IMG/VR virus record: IMGVR_UViG_3300045988_052641
Coordinates: 1-64,000 of that record
DNA length: 64,000 nucleotides
Direction: 5' to 3' (one strand)
From: a virus
The notes under the pieces were generated by a model. That model saw only the letters and a list, made by a program, of their open reading frames with translations, had not been told where the DNA came from and ran no database searches. The position numbers and the translations under genes are program-made. This document shows positions 37,600 through 47,493 of the stretch, piece after piece. Position 1 is the stretch's first letter. Every line of letters begins with the position of its first letter.

Positions 37600-37854
37600 A
37601 TGGCCAAAGAAGTTAAAGACTTAACAAGTAAAGAAGTAGATGAAGTAAAAATATTAAAGACTAGTTTGTCAGAATGTCCAGTAAATACTGATTTAGGATG
37701 TAATGAATCAAAGGCAACTAACTGGGTGAAGTTAGACAATAAAACAACAGATGTAAAATTAGAATTATTAAATAAATTGCAAGACGGACTAGCTAATGGA
37801 GCTGGTATTGAATATTTAATGCAACTATCTTGCATTTATAATAACATTCGCTAA
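37600..37854 (+). CDS. hypothetical protein
   Basis: 84 aa, first gene of plus-strand block. Confidence 0.5.
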   Translation: MAKEVKDLTSKEVDEVKILKTSLSECPVNTDLGCNESKATNWVKLDNKTTDVKLELLNKLQDGLANGAGIEYLMQLSCIYNNIR

Positions 37855-37856
37855 TA

Positions 37857-38231
37857 ATGAGACATATTGATAGAATTAATAAGCAGTATGAAGAGAAGGA
37901 AGTTAAATTGCTATACGATAAAGCTGTAGCATTAATGAATCTTCTTAGTGATGAGGAATATGAACAAGTAATTACAGACAATGCAGATATATTTAAATTA
38001 GCATCTCATCCCGAGAAGGGTGAGTTCTATTTGCAAGATAAGCACAACTTAGTCCAGATTGTAGATATATTTAGTAAATTTATCAAAACTAAAGGTCTGT
38101 CTAAGGACGAATTTAAAATAATGACTCTAGATGAAGTTAAAGAGTATATGGTTGATGTTATTAATGATATTACGTCATTTGAACCAGATGAGCTATTCAC
38201 GATAGTAAAGAACTTAGAGAAACTTCAATGA
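37857..38231 (+). CDS. hypothetical protein
   Basis: 124 aa ORF. Confidence 0.5.
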   Translation: MRHIDRINKQYEEKEVKLLYDKAVALMNLLSDEEYEQVITDNADIFKLASHPEKGEFYLQDKHNLVQIVDIFSKFIKTKGLSKDEFKIMTLDEVKEYMVDVINDITSFEPDELFTIVKNLEKLQ

Positions 38232-38567
38232 AACTAGAACAAATACCAGGTGATTATGATAATGTAGACCAGAGAGCTCTAGAATTATTAAAGACTACAA
38301 ATTAGCAGAGTATATAAAGGAATTATATGCTAACATACATATGAGAGACTTCTATATTAGAAACCTTAAGGATGAAATACTTCATACACTCAAACATAGA
38401 GACTCCATAAGTGGTGAGGAGCTATTACAAATACTAAATAAGGTAGCTCCATGGAATATGATGGCAAACTAGAGACTATTTAGAAAGAGCAAAGGCTAAT
38501 CAATGATAACACAAGAGGTAGAATTAGTGGAAGAAGCATTATATAGAAATGCATACATATATCCAGG

Positions 38568-38846
38568 TTGGAAGTATTACCTACCTGGATTACTAAAGAC
38601 AATATATTTATGAGAGGTAAAGACATAATAGTAACATTCAATGAGCCTTGGTATAATGACTATAACAAACGATTATACACTCAATTATCCGAACAAATGA
38701 TTAGAGAAGAGATTGAGAGAGTGCATAAAGAACCAATCATTACTAATACTGCATTTGATATAGCAGTAGACAAGGCTTTCCTAGAGTTACTGCATGACAA
38801 CAAGGATTTAATTAATATTACAGAACGATACAAGAACCATGAGTAA
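38568..38846 (+). CDS. hypothetical protein
   Basis: 92 aa ORF. Confidence 0.45.
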   Translation: MEVLPTWITKDNIFMRGKDIIVTFNEPWYNDYNKRLYTQLSEQMIREEIERVHKEPIITNTAFDIAVDKAFLELLHDNKDLINITERYKNHE

Positions 38847-39486
38847 AATAGCAACAGAATTAGAAGCTAAGACTATGGGGGGGGGAACTCTCTCGGTAAT
38901 TGATAATAAGTGCTGTACTAAAGCTAGAGCACTTGAATTAGGATGTCAGATTAAAAGTGGATTTAGTTATACCGATAATCAGTTAGTGGAGTTAGAAGGT
39001 ATAGAGGCAGCTATAACTACTCCAAATGTAATCCTTCATTATGGTTGGGAGGATATGCCAATTAATAATATACAGCAATTTAGAGTACGTTTCTCATTTG
39101 TTAATCAGAGTTCAGTAGCTGGAGAACCATTTAAGTATTCTGATAATACTACTTACTTTACAATTACTCCAAGATTAGAGCAGGGAGAACAAACATATAC
39201 TAAAACTCTGGCAAATCCTCTTAAATATTACTTAGAGAAACTAGCACTTCCTAACCAAGCCCCATATAATACACCTGTTTGGATACGCTTTGAGGGATGT
39301 ATGATACTTAGGCAAGTGTCTCAAATTACATTAGCAGTAGATTCTCAATCTGAGAATTGGGCAGAAGGAGTAACATTCCCTTCATCTGGAAAGTGGGTCA
39401 AAATGAATAATTCTGGTAGAGTATTTAGATTTACTGGTGGGGAAATAGACCTAAACATAGAACTGTATACAGCGTCAGCGCAATGA
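38839..39486 (+). CDS. hypothetical protein (contains G9 homopolymer encoding Gly-Gly-Gly)
   Basis: 215 aa ORF. Confidence 0.5.
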   Translation: MSKIATELEAKTMGGGTLSVIDNKCCTKARALELGCQIKSGFSYTDNQLVELEGIEAAITTPNVILHYGWEDMPINNIQQFRVRFSFVNQSSVAGEPFKYSDNTTYFTITPRLEQGEQTYTKTLANPLKYYLEKLALPNQAPYNTPVWIRFEGCMILRQVSQITLAVDSQSENWAEGVTFPSSGKWVKMNNSGRVFRFTGGEIDLNIELYTASAQ

Positions 39487-39680
39487 TTAAAGTAACCGAT
39501 AATAAAGAAGTAAAGGAAACAGTCCTAGCAGGACTTAAAAGGAATAAAGAGAAATATGGTAAGAAATATTGCCCATGCTCCTTAGTAAGAGATGAAGATA
39601 CAATATGTATGTGCAAAGAGTTTAGGGAAATGGAAGAAGGGGCTTGCCATTGCCAACTTTATGTTAAAACTAAAGACTAA
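39483..39680 (+). CDS. ferredoxin-thioredoxin reductase catalytic-subunit-like Cys-cluster protein
   Basis: GLKRNKEKYGKKYCPC...ICMCKEF...GACHCQLYV resembles FTR beta CPC...CPC...CHC pattern and preceding GLAEHKDSLGAPLCPC block. Confidence 0.45.
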   Translation: MIKVTDNKEVKETVLAGLKRNKEKYGKKYCPCSLVRDEDTICMCKEFREMEEGACHCQLYVKTKD

Positions 39681-40034
39681 TAATTATGGATGAATTAAAG
39701 AACCAATTAGCACAGTATTTATGTAGCCAAATTCATAATGGTACTAAAGATTTGATTGAATTAATTGAATCAGAAGACCTTATTAATGAACAGTGGTATA
39801 AGAACTGGAAGGAAGAGATGAGAATTTTACTACAGGAGAAGTAATATGATAATACTTAGTGGGAATTGTCCTAGGCATCATAATGCCATTATGTTGGAAC
39901 TTACAGACTTTGATGATAGTAAAATTTCCTATCTAGAGGACATCATGTCGATACTCTGTTAGTTCCTAGAGAATATAAAGATACATTTGAATCTACAGAA
40001 CTGCACAAAGTACTACTGCCTAATATTAGTATAG

Positions 40035-40295
40035 GTGGTGTGCAATTTGCTAAAATATACTATTATGATTGATGTTAGAAGGACATTAGAGAATTTACAT
40101 CAGATACTTCCAAACTTATCAATAGAGGACTTATTTAGAGTTCTTGATAACATAGTAGAGATTCCACAATTTAACGTAGGACAGACAACTACTATACGTA
40201 GAGATGATAGTGGCTGGAGACCATATGACACAGGTACATTTATATCTTATGCTAGTAATGGAATAACACTTAGTGATGAAGGAACTTGTAAATAA
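40035..40295 (+). CDS. hypothetical protein
   Basis: 86 aa ORF. Confidence 0.4.
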   Translation: MVCNLLKYTIMIDVRRTLENLHQILPNLSIEDLFRVLDNIVEIPQFNVGQTTTIRRDDSGWRPYDTGTFISYASNGITLSDEGTCK

Positions 40296-40494
40296 TTGGA
40301 ATGAGAAGCATCCCGAATACGTATTGGTACACGGGATGTATTCTTATATAGACAATGGACAATCTAAGGATATGCACATGCTTACTATCTTTAATAAGGA
40401 TAATGAATGTATATGTGAATATAAAGGAGAAGATTTTATTAAGTTGTATAATACATTAGAAGAAGAATGGGAAGATGCCCAGATGAGAATTTGA
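40273..40494 (+). CDS. hypothetical protein
   Basis: 73 aa ORF. Confidence 0.4.
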   Translation: MMKELVNNWNEKHPEYVLVHGMYSYIDNGQSKDMHMLTIFNKDNECICEYKGEDFIKLYNTLEEEWEDAQMRI

Positions 40495-40858
40495 TAACCA
40501 CAGTGGGCTACTTGGCATATATGGACGACAAATCAATAATATTGGGAAGAGGTATTGAGAATCATTGTGATGAGGACGGTACTCGCAGAGTAAAAGATAC
40601 AATACACATACCAATGAGCTTAGTAGCTAGTTTTGGAAGTTTTGATTGATGAACTATGACAAATGAGGAGTATAATAAATGGCTAATCCTTTACTTTGAT
40701 ATGCAATCTATAAATTTACAGTTCAATTGTAATGATATAGCATCATCACTAAAGGCACAAAGCCTAAGATAGTTTTTGCATCTTCGTCTTGGTGGTCTAC
40801 GCCAGTGCGCTCTGACGTATTCCCACTTACCGAGACGGAATCTTATTATAAACAACAA

Positions 40859-40900
40859 AGCCCGAACTTAGTTTAATTACTAGGCTCGGGCTTATTTTAT
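40859..40900 (+). terminator. rho-independent terminator (AAGCCCGAAC...GCTCGGGCTT + TATTTTAT)
   Basis: GC-rich hairpin followed by T-tract in 400-nt non-coding gap. Confidence 0.55.
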
Positions 40901-41055
40901 ATAGTAACATTAACAGTTATAGTAGCTGTATCTCCTGTGTTACTATTTTACTCATATTTATTGTTATATTAATTCATCTATTAGATTTATAGTTATTCAT
41001 CTGTCATATTAATTGTTATATTTGCAGTATTGTTTAACCATTAAATTATAAGATT

Positions 41056-41397
41056 ATGCCATTAGTAACAATTCCACTCCGATTATTTGGTAAATCACTT
41101 AAAGAGTATAATTTCTCTGTATTTACATTACCTGCTACTTTTAAACCAGTAGAGGAGTTTGGTATGCTTTATGTTTACTTCTATAAGGATGAAACTACTA
41201 CTAGATTAATTTATTGTGGTAAAGATACCAATATTCCTCAAAGGCTAGAAGACCACGAACGTGATGACAGAGATATTATAGAAGCATCAAATTACATAGG
41301 CGTTATATACTATGCTGATTATGAGCAACTCAAAGCTGATGAAGTTGATATATTAGAAGGCAACAACTTCGAGAAGAACATTCAGCATAATTGTTGA
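41056..41397 (+). CDS. hypothetical protein
   Basis: 113 aa ORF. Confidence 0.45.
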   Translation: MPLVTIPLRLFGKSLKEYNFSVFTLPATFKPVEEFGMLYVYFYKDETTTRLIYCGKDTNIPQRLEDHERDDRDIIEASNYIGVIYYADYEQLKADEVDILEGNNFEKNIQHNC

Positions 41398-41606
41398 ATT
41401 ATTTCCATTGGGACAGAATGGATAGGATGCCAGTTCACCCCTCCTTCTGTTCTCATAAAGACATAATTATCTTCTTTATTGTACACCATTATAGTACTGT
41501 TGTTACTTTTAAATAGTGCTGTAACTTTTACTTGCCCGTCTTCTTTAGTCATTACTCCACATTCTAAAACGGGATGTTCCTGCACTTTAGTCCATTTATT
41601 ATCCAT
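41382..41606 (-). CDS. hypothetical protein
   Basis: 74 aa ORF. Confidence 0.4.
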   Translation of the reverse strand: MDNKWTKVQEHPVLECGVMTKEDGQVKVTALFKSNNSTIMVYNKEDNYVFMRTEGGVNWHPIHSVPMEIIQQLC

Positions 41607-42046
41607 ATTAATCCATTTAATTATTATCAGTTGTATATCTATATGTAAAGTTATTGATTATTAGCCAATTAAACTAATGTAAGAATGTTAAGTATTGTTA
41701 CTAGGTTGTTCATCTAGCATATCATCATCTTCCTCTCCCTCTATAAATGCCAAAAGCTCACCTGTCTTGGCATCTCTTATATATCTAATTCCAGGAGCTA
41801 CATATTCAGTAACTACCTCTTTATCACCCCACCATGGTACAAATGTGTTACTCATTATCATAATTCATTCTTATTAATATAGGTTAGAAACTCATATCTG
41901 TAACTTCATCTGTACTTCCAAACTCTCCTTTACAATTATACAATTCCTTTATTTCTTCATCAGTACGTATAATACCAGTTTCATCAAGGACTTGAAATTT
42001 ACCATAATCCTCATAAATTAGTTCTGATAATTCAGAAGTCATTTCA

Positions 42047-45000
42047 TCATTTGTTATCATATAATGTTCCTCCTACTAATGGAGCGGCTATTACAGGCGC
42101 ATTATTACTAAGCCACTTAACGAAGGCAGAAATATCTCTTTCGTCTACGCTGTTAAGCCACTCTGACATATTATTAGTTATTCCAGTATCTTTAACATAG
42201 TTTCTTCTAGCATATTCCCACATTGCAGGTGTGATGTCTTGATTACCTTCATTTAGACCATAATAGTTCTTGATTTGAGTTCCTCTAGCTGTCTGTTCGG
42301 TAGCTCTACTCTGACGGAAGTAATCACGCCCTTCTGGTCTTTTAAAGTATTGTCTAACATTATATGCCAATTCAGCTTCTTGCTCCTTACTTGGTCTATA
42401 CATATAATGCACTAGTTCATGAGCACCTACATCTTGAGCTTGTGCGTCAGTAAGTTTACCTATTACATCTCTATTTACAGAGTATGATTGTCTGTATAAA
42501 CCAGTACCAGGCTGTTCTCCCAGTGTGGCAGATGTTTCTATCTTAGGAGTACTATTTAATATGGCTGTTCTCTGGCTTGGAGAATATCTAGATATATCAC
42601 CATACTTCTCCAACCTATCAAAGCCACCATTCCATAGTCTTTCCTTCACCAACTTAAATCCATTTCCCTGCCAATTAGGATGTGCATAATCTGGTAATAG
42701 TTTAGCTAATTCAGCATCACTTAATGAACTAAATTCACTTAAAGGTCTAGGAGTAACTCCAGACATATCAACTAAAAGAGAATTATTAGCTGGAGTAGCT
42801 AAATGCTTAGATTGCCTTTTAAACTCCTTACCAACTGCACGTTTAGCCATTTGTTTACCTGCCATAGATGCACCTTTACTAAGTAAACTACCTAATCCTG
42901 TTGCTAGTGTAGCATAGTCTGTAAAGGTAAGGATTCCATTTAAATTATGCAAACCTTCTTCATACTTCTTTGCTTGCATATAATCATCATATCCTTTCCT
43001 AGCTGCTTCTTGTGCTTGTTGATGCTGCCAAGGACTTTTAGCATCAGAAGTTACTGTAGGCTGTTCTGATTGCCCATATATGTTTATCATGGACTGAATA
43101 TGTTCGGCAGGAGTAGCCCTTCTAATTCTATTAGGAATATCAGGTCTGTAATCCTTAATAGCATCTCTTCTAGCTATACCATGTGCAGGATTCTGATACT
43201 TAATAATCATACCATTCTCACCTTTAGGAATACCATTATATACTCCAGTAAGTACTTTAGCATAATTAGTAGCTTCTGCATATCTTCTCTTACCTTTATT
43301 AGAACCAGTAAGCTTAGCTACAAACTTATTAATATCATCATTCTCATCAAAGTCATATAGTCTCTTTAAGAATTGTATCTTATCTGCTGCATACTCATCC
43401 ATAGAATTATAAGACCTAAACTTCTGTTTAATAGCTTCACCTTTAGCATTTTTATCATTACCAGTTACATAAGCACCTTTCCATGAACTACCAGTAGTTA
43501 AATTGCCAAAGTTGTACTTACCTTGTGCAGACCTACCCCAACTAGATTCTAATGCGTCTTGTGCTAATAACATTCTAATTGCATTATCATTAGTAATACC
43601 TGCCTTCTTATAGGCATTAATAAGTTCTGTAGACCATTGCTTTCTGTTAGTATATGGACTCTTCCAAGTTGAGTTGGCAGTAACAGGTTTATCGGTAACA
43701 GATTTACTAGCTACTGGTTTATTAATTACTGGCTCTGCTGTAGGATTATTAGCTACTACATCAGGTTCATTAGTATCTCTTACTGGTACTACTAAAGCCT
43801 CTGGTTTATCGTAAGTTGTGTTGTAATTATATTCACTGAATGGATTAATAGGATTAGTAATGTCAGTATAATCTATTGTAGGATTACTTACTGGATTATA
43901 ACTAACAAATCTCATTCCTGTTTGTCCTTTACGAATACGTTTCTTATATGTTGGGCGACTTGATTTGATGAACTTCTTGCGCATATCCCTCTTACCGCTC
44001 AACTCCTCTTGCTTCTTTAATATAGGAGACTTCTTAAAGTCAAATCTTCCACCATGTGCCATAGTTACTAATTTTGGATCTCTGATAGACTTACCTTCTA
44101 TCCATATAGGGTTAGATTGTTGTAATATGAATGGACGACCCACTTTATCCATTAATGCAGCTTGTTTAACTACTCTAACAGTTTCTGAGTTGACAGGTTT
44201 GCCTCCCCAGCGTTTAGCGTAATCAGCTGGATTAAATTTCCACATATCTTGAGAAGTCTGCTTCAACTTACCTTTATCCATTTGGAATTTGACTAAACGT
44301 CCGACATAATTAATACCAGGTGTTCTGAAGGTCATGAACTCATTATCACCCACACGCATTACCATATCTCCCTCCTTACCTAGTATTTTATTAACCGGAC
44401 TCTTCCCTGCGTATTCAGTAAACTCTGAAGTCCCTTTAAATTTTAGTGGTCTACCCTGAGGAACTACTGAACGCATTTCATATCTTCTATTATGGATTCC
44501 AGGATATAGCTGTTCATATCTGTCTCCATGACTAAAACTACGTTTAGATTCATTCTTACTGATAGGTTTGATATTCTTTATATCTTTATTAAAGAATGCT
44601 CTTCTAACTATAGGATTCTCATCAAAGATATATTTGGCTAGTAAGTTCCTGCCTTCTAGATTACCTCCACCTAATATAGCTGAATCAGTGTACTCTGCCG
44701 GCATAGTCTTTATATCCTGCATACTCACAGAAGCATTACCATTGGTACGTTTTGCAGCGTTATATGCAGCTACCTTTAATGGTAACTTCTCAACTTTAGA
44801 TAGGAATGGGGCAATTCTATTAGCAGTAGCCATTACTATGTTAGAGGGAGTTCTAGCTTCCTTATTAAATATCCAATGATTCTTATTGATAGGATTCCAA
44901 GCTAAGTCAGCATCACCTTTAATAGATTTAGTAAGTAATTTGTTCTTGCCAATCTTATACCCTTTAGCACCACCGTACCAAGCTCCTGGATTAGTATAAA

Positions 45001-45409
45001 CTCCGATTTCAGATGGAAGTCCAGTCTTGTCTTCTAACCATTCTCCCCAACCGCCAGTAAGTTTATCTACTGCCGTATTACCTAGAGCTCCACCAACTAC
45101 AGCCGCTGGAGTTGTTACTAATGCAGCACCAGCTGCTGAAGGAAGTATAGTTCTCTCTATGCCAACTAATGGATTAGTTTCATTTGACATAGAAGATTTA
45201 AATCTGGCTTTAGCTCCCTTAATGGGATGCCAGTAATCTTTATTCCTATCAGCAGCTGATCTGTTATCATCAGAAGGTTCTCCACCTAAATCTACAATAG
45301 AATACTGTCTAGGTTTAGCTTTAACTGGTTCATGAACTTCTGGCCTAACTACTTTAGTATTATCAGATGCTATGACGTCTCCTCTTTGTAGTTTAGGTAT
45401 TATTCTCAT
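42047..45409 (-). CDS. large multidomain protein with FlgJ-type glucosaminidase domain and C-terminal HExxH motif (virion-associated lysin / tail-associated candidate)
   Basis: LLAQDALESSWGRS...NFGNL...FRSYNSMDEYAADKIQFL matches mannosyl-glycoprotein endo-beta-N-acetylglucosaminidase signature; GAHELVHYMY HExxH near C-terminus; 1120 aa. Confidence 0.6.
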   Translation of the reverse strand: MRIIPKLQRGDVIASDNTKVVRPEVHEPVKAKPRQYSIVDLGGEPSDDNRSAADRNKDYWHPIKGAKARFKSSMSNETNPLVGIERTILPSAAGAALVTTPAAVVGGALGNTAVDKLTGGWGEWLEDKTGLPSEIGVYTNPGAWYGGAKGYKIGKNKLLTKSIKGDADLAWNPINKNHWIFNKEARTPSNIVMATANRIAPFLSKVEKLPLKVAAYNAAKRTNGNASVSMQDIKTMPAEYTDSAILGGGNLEGRNLLAKYIFDENPIVRRAFFNKDIKNIKPISKNESKRSFSHGDRYEQLYPGIHNRRYEMRSVVPQGRPLKFKGTSEFTEYAGKSPVNKILGKEGDMVMRVGDNEFMTFRTPGINYVGRLVKFQMDKGKLKQTSQDMWKFNPADYAKRWGGKPVNSETVRVVKQAALMDKVGRPFILQQSNPIWIEGKSIRDPKLVTMAHGGRFDFKKSPILKKQEELSGKRDMRKKFIKSSRPTYKKRIRKGQTGMRFVSYNPVSNPTIDYTDITNPINPFSEYNYNTTYDKPEALVVPVRDTNEPDVVANNPTAEPVINKPVASKSVTDKPVTANSTWKSPYTNRKQWSTELINAYKKAGITNDNAIRMLLAQDALESSWGRSAQGKYNFGNLTTGSSWKGAYVTGNDKNAKGEAIKQKFRSYNSMDEYAADKIQFLKRLYDFDENDDINKFVAKLTGSNKGKRRYAEATNYAKVLTGVYNGIPKGENGMIIKYQNPAHGIARRDAIKDYRPDIPNRIRRATPAEHIQSMINIYGQSEQPTVTSDAKSPWQHQQAQEAARKGYDDYMQAKKYEEGLHNLNGILTFTDYATLATGLGSLLSKGASMAGKQMAKRAVGKEFKRQSKHLATPANNSLLVDMSGVTPRPLSEFSSLSDAELAKLLPDYAHPNWQGNGFKLVKERLWNGGFDRLEKYGDISRYSPSQRTAILNSTPKIETSATLGEQPGTGLYRQSYSVNRDVIGKLTDAQAQDVGAHELVHYMYRPSKEQEAELAYNVRQYFKRPEGRDYFRQSRATEQTARGTQIKNYYGLNEGNQDITPAMWEYARRNYVKDTGITNNMSEWLNSVDERDISAFVKWLSNNAPVIAAPLVGGTLYDNK

Positions 45410-45652
45410 TTACTTATTCAATTTGTCATTATTATTAAATCTCTTCCATATACCTGTTACTGAATCTATGCCAAGCAATCCCATACAGCATAATAAGACT
45501 GTATCTATCATTAATGGAGCTTGGATTACGTTTACTGCACAGTATATTAACACTCCCAAGCAGACAAACCACCCTACTACTCCGCAGAGTCTCTTAGATG
45601 ATATGCCAGAGTGGGATGTGAATACTTGCTTTAAGAATGTTACAAACTTCAT
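45410..45652 (-). CDS. holin-like small membrane protein (2 TM)
   Basis: 80 aa, two hydrophobic helices, start overlaps stop of upstream gene and directly precedes the glucosaminidase-domain gene. Confidence 0.45.
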   Translation of the reverse strand: MKFVTFLKQVFTSHSGISSKRLCGVVGWFVCLGVLIYCAVNVIQAPLMIDTVLLCCMGLLGIDSVTGIWKRFNNNDKLNK

Positions 45653-46194
45653 TATATAATTACATTTATAGAAATATTAGCTGTGTCACCTCCTATATAT
45701 GCCTGATTTATTGGTATTTCAGTAGTTACCCCAGATTGGCATACTGCATTATTTGTTACACTATCTGCATCTACGGTCACCCTGTATGTACTGAAATATC
45801 CAGTGAACAATAATTTAGAGACATTAGTTAAATCAATTGGTAAATTAAAGTGGAAGTTTCTGTCAAAGAAAGTTGCCCCTTGATAGTCTAGAGTTCCAGA
45901 CCTAGGAATTGTTATAAACCCATCTGGAACTCCATCTATGTAAACATCTGCTACAAAGTCATAGGATTTAGACGTAAGCCCAGAGTTAGTTATTGAAACA
46001 TGTATATTGAAGTCATACTGGAATGTTGACAACTGTATATCCTCTTCCTTAACTAACTGATTATTAGCGTAATTATCGTTAGTTTCAAGTCCGAAGAACT
46101 CTACTCTATCTCTAGTGGCACACTTGGTTGGAGTATTTGTACCTCCACCAGCTAAATTAATTAAATATTGTTCTGTTGCAATTTTATTTGTCAT
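45652..46194 (-). CDS. hypothetical structural-like protein (Ser/Thr/Asn-rich)
   Basis: 180 aa ORF. Confidence 0.5.
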   Translation of the reverse strand: MTNKIATEQYLINLAGGGTNTPTKCATRDRVEFFGLETNDNYANNQLVKEEDIQLSTFQYDFNIHVSITNSGLTSKSYDFVADVYIDGVPDGFITIPRSGTLDYQGATFFDRNFHFNLPIDLTNVSKLLFTGYFSTYRVTVDADSVTNNAVCQSGVTTEIPINQAYIGGDTANISINVII

Positions 46195-46206
46195 TTTAAA
46201 TATTTG

Positions 46207-46701
46207 CTATGTATTGTTTATACACATAACGGCAAGTATACCCTGTACTGGCAAATTCTGATTAGTTCCTACGATAAGTTTATCTGTTTCATGATTAGAA
46301 TAGTAATTTATATTCTTTACATTATTTAATAGTAATGCTACGTAAGTATTACTTCCAATCACACTATTGCCAAACAAAGCTACATTTCTTATAACACCTG
46401 CTATAGGGTATACCACCATGGATGAAGCAGGAATATCTGGTGTAGCCGATGTGCCTTGACCATACATATTCATGATTGATATACCCATTGTAGTGTCTGT
46501 AGTAGTGTTATTAAAGAATATTAGGGTGCTGCCGCTTAGTGAACCGTTTAATAAATCTATAGCGTCAACAATACCCCCCCCCGACGGTAGGTTATCATTG
46601 AACTGTTGCTTAGTAATGCATCTATTGTTCGCAACTCCGTCTAAGCTCAAACCTTCTGCTCTAGCTTCAGCTGCTGTTACTAATTCATTAGTACTTTCCA
46701 T
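46207..46701 (-). CDS. hypothetical structural-like protein (contains C10/G10 homopolymer encoding GGG)
   Basis: 164 aa ORF. Confidence 0.5.
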   Translation of the reverse strand: MESTNELVTAAEARAEGLSLDGVANNRCITKQQFNDNLPSGGGIVDAIDLLNGSLSGSTLIFFNNTTTDTTMGISIMNMYGQGTSATPDIPASSMVVYPIAGVIRNVALFGNSVIGSNTYVALLLNNVKNINYYSNHETDKLIVGTNQNLPVQGILAVMCINNT

Positions 46702-46911
46702 TATTCTTGATATTCTCTTAAATTACCAATTGTTACTTCAAATTCATCTGCATCTTTAGCAGCTTCGTTCAAACAGAACATGTCTGAAGGAAACGATAGT
46801 GCCTTTACCCTTATTTGCTTAAGTAGTCTGGAGTGTTTGGCTTTAGACCAAACCCAGACGTCAAATATAAAATTTCTCATACTGCGATTAATGTACTTTA
46901 ATTCTTAAATG

Positions 46912-47193
46912 TTAAGAATTCCTAAGTGTAGAAGCAATCCACCTTTGATTGGAGTTTTTGTTAAGGCTAAAGTACTGTAAACCACCTTGATTTACATTTA
47001 CGTATAATGTGAACATATTAGCTAGTGGAATTCCGACTATTGTCACACTAATACATGTTGGTATACTATTAGATACTCCATAATACAGTAACTGAAATGG
47101 GACCATGTCTGTCATATTAGACTTCACAATCTCCATTACAGCACTATCAGCACTGTTAACCTCTATATTACTACTTCTACCTGGATAAATCAA
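46912..47193 (-). CDS. hypothetical protein; upstream 25-codon ORF would fuse in frame by +1 G at the 7-nt homopolymer 47226-47232
   Basis: 93 aa ORF with non-ATG start; MALIQNEDNKCPTTKQVNDALKSMGG precedes in another frame. Confidence 0.45.
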   Translation of the reverse strand: MIYPGRSSNIEVNSADSAVMEIVKSNMTDMVPFQLLYYGVSNSIPTCISVTIVGIPLANMFTLYVNVNQGGLQYFSLNKNSNQRWIASTLRNS

Positions 47194-47493
47194 ATCTTGT
47201 GTTGTTAAAACTAGGGTCTGAACCCCCCCATAGACTTGAGTGCGTCATTCACTTGTTTAGTGGTAGGGCATTTGTTGTCTTCATTTTGAATTAAAGCCAT
47301 GATTGTTATTATTTAATAATTCTACGTTTAATTTGCACACCTCTCTTAGCTATTAGCATAGTATTACTTCTTTTGTTGTTAGCATTACTAGCGAAGGTAT
47401 TATGCAGTTTAGCTATCTCGTCATCACTAAGGGTATTAAACCCTGAAGGTATTTTAGCTCCCTTAGTTCTCATCTCCTGAATATCTGTACCTT

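Noticed and set aside
38228-38568. In-frame TAG at 38304-38306 as evidence of amber recoding linked to the CTA suppressor tRNA
   Set aside because: Reading through the TAG adds only four codons before a TAA. The region is better explained as two short overlapping ORFs. No long late gene in the window is interrupted by TAG.
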